Of a stretch of DNA of 46,953 nucleotides, positions 45,802 through 46,953 are shown one piece after another. The stretch's first letter is position 1; the number at the start of each line of letters is the position of its first letter. Under the pieces are notes generated by a model, which saw nothing but the letters and a program-made list of their open reading frames with translations, ran no database searches and was not told where the DNA came from. Origin of the DNA: Planctomycetota bacterium. GTDB taxonomy: Bacteria; Planctomycetota; GCA-002687715; DRQF01. The translations under genes and the position numbers were made by a program. The stretch lies in assembly GCA_036479435.1 (NCBI GenBank), contig JAZGFI010000195.1, positions 1-46,953 of the forward strand. Direction: 5' to 3'.

Positions 45802-46953
45802 CTACATCGTAATGGTTCCCGATCCCTTCAAGGATTCCGGGCTTTGTCGGCTGATGGCCGCGCAAGGACAGTTGTAAACACAAGCTTCGAAGGGCAAACC
45901 CGCGCACAGGTCACACTTGATGGCCTTGGCTTTGTCCTTCTTCTTCGTTTTCGGTTCTTCTTCTGCGATCGGTTCTGAGTCCTTGAACATCCTGCTCAGG
46001 AACGGGATGCTCTTCAGGAACGACAGGGTTTTGTCTTCTTGCTCTTCGGCGCCAATGACATGGGCCATCCGAATCACCCCGTAGGGGCAATGCGACTCGC
46101 AGATACTGCAGCCGACACAATTGTCGACGACGATGTGAATCTGCCCATCAACGTCGCGCCGAATCGCACCGAACTTGCAGGAAAGCATGCACTCCGGGAT
46201 CTTGCAGTTGTAGCAAGCCGACGAGAGCATCGTGTCTTCGCCAACTCGGATGCCGCGCTTCGACAAACGTGGCACTCCGTCTTCGTGGACCGCGACGCAG
46301 GATTCAACGCAGGCGTTGCAGCGCGTGCAACGCTTAAGGTCGATAACGAGAGCCTCGGTGCCCTTGATCGCCTCGCGGCCGACCAAGAGCTCAATCTGAT
46401 CATCACTGAGGGCCTTGCCCGTGTTCAGCGCATTCGCGGCGTCGAGCTGCCCATCGGCAATTCTGAAGGCCGTGGTCATCAGCTGGTTTTTGACCGTCTC
46501 GTCGTTGCGGCCAAAGACATCTTTGAACACCTCATTCGACACCCGTATGAGATTGACCTGACTCATCGTGGTGTAGGTGCTGTGCCAAACCGCCTGCTCC
46601 GATAGACACCTCTCGCCAAATGATGAGTTGTCACACAGGTACTCAAGCACCTCGATTTCGCCTTCCGCGTTTGGCGTCGTACGCTTGATGATGCCCGCTC
46701 GCACGAGATAGACCGCATCGGCCGGCTCGCCCTCCACAGCCAGCGCGTCGCCATTGGCGTAGCTTAAGAGCTCCGCATGTTCAGCAAATTGCTTAAGGAC
46801 GTCGTGTGAGAGCCCTTTGAAAAGAGGCGCGGTATCAAGGTGATGGGCGAGCGCGGTTTCTTTGTAGCGCGCGTCGATCATCTCGCGAAACTTGCCCTTC
46901 TTGTTGCCGAAGAGCATCTGAAACATCGTGACGTCGAGCATGACGACGGTACA
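45802..46953 (-). CDS. Cyclic-nucleotide-binding domain plus 4x[4Fe-4S] ferredoxin-like protein (5' end outside the window)
   Basis: PLFKGLS..EGEPADAVYLVRAG..FGE (cNMP); CTRCNACVESC, CYNCKIPECMLSC, CVGCSICESHCP and CDLC..ACVYNCP; frame open to the window edge. Confidence 0.88.
   Translation of the reverse strand, partial: CTVVMLDVTMFQMLFGNKKGKFREMIDARYKETALAHHLDTAPLFKGLSHDVLKQFAEHAELLSYANGDALAVEGEPADAVYLVRAGIIKRTTPNAEGEIEVLEYLCDNSSFGERCLSEQAVWHSTYTTMSQVNLIRVSNEVFKDVFGRNDETVKNQLMTTAFRIADGQLDAANALNTGKALSDDQIELLVGREAIKGTEALVIDLKRCTRCNACVESCVAVHEDGVPRLSKRGIRVGEDTMLSSACYNCKIPECMLSCKFGAIRRDVDGQIHIVVDNCVGCSICESHCPYGVIRMAHVIGAEEQEDKTLSFLKSIPFLSRMFKDSEPIAEEEPKTKKKDKAKAIKCDLCAGLPFEACVYNCPCAAISRQSPESLKGSGTITM

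Overview
GC-rich bacterial chromosome segment. Its gene content (ECF sigma/anti-sigma pair, Ser/Thr kinase-FGE fusion, CRTAC1/ASPIC-UnbV protein, pseudopilin-like pair) suggests a Planctomycetota-like host, which is an inference. Layout: (1) 1-5.1 kb is a decayed accessory patch with a truncated ECF sigma gene, a secreted NIDO-like protein, lipoproteins, attC-like remnants and an internally deleted MFS gene. (2) 5.1-22.6 kb holds housekeeping and envelope genes: sixA, trmO, two ArnT-like GT-C enzymes, a PlsC-type acyltransferase, psd, an SLC13 permease, an active plus inactive M14 peptidase pair, CRTAC1 plus cytochrome c, and an ECF sigma with an unusual anti-sigma/FecR/foldase fusion. (3) 22.7-28.4 kb is a quinohemoprotein amine dehydrogenase operon (qhpADCBE) without qhpF/G/R; its gamma subunit has a fifth Cys and altered active-site neighbours. 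(4) 28.6-36.8 kb has a second NIDO-like protein, the kinase-FGE fusion, two GspG-like genes and an arylamine N-acetyltransferase. (5) 37.7-47 kb is a tightly packed minus-strand run: a cNMP-binding/4x[4Fe-4S] protein and an FHA-TM-15-heme cytochrome c lead directly into a DUF4129-DUF4350-MoxR-DUF58-SpoIIM-RDD cluster. The best candidates for undescribed biology are the cNMP-FeS/FHA-multiheme module, the variant qhp system and the anti-sigma-foldase fusion. No rRNA, tRNA or CRISPR array was seen. All family calls come from motif recognition by eye, not database searches.
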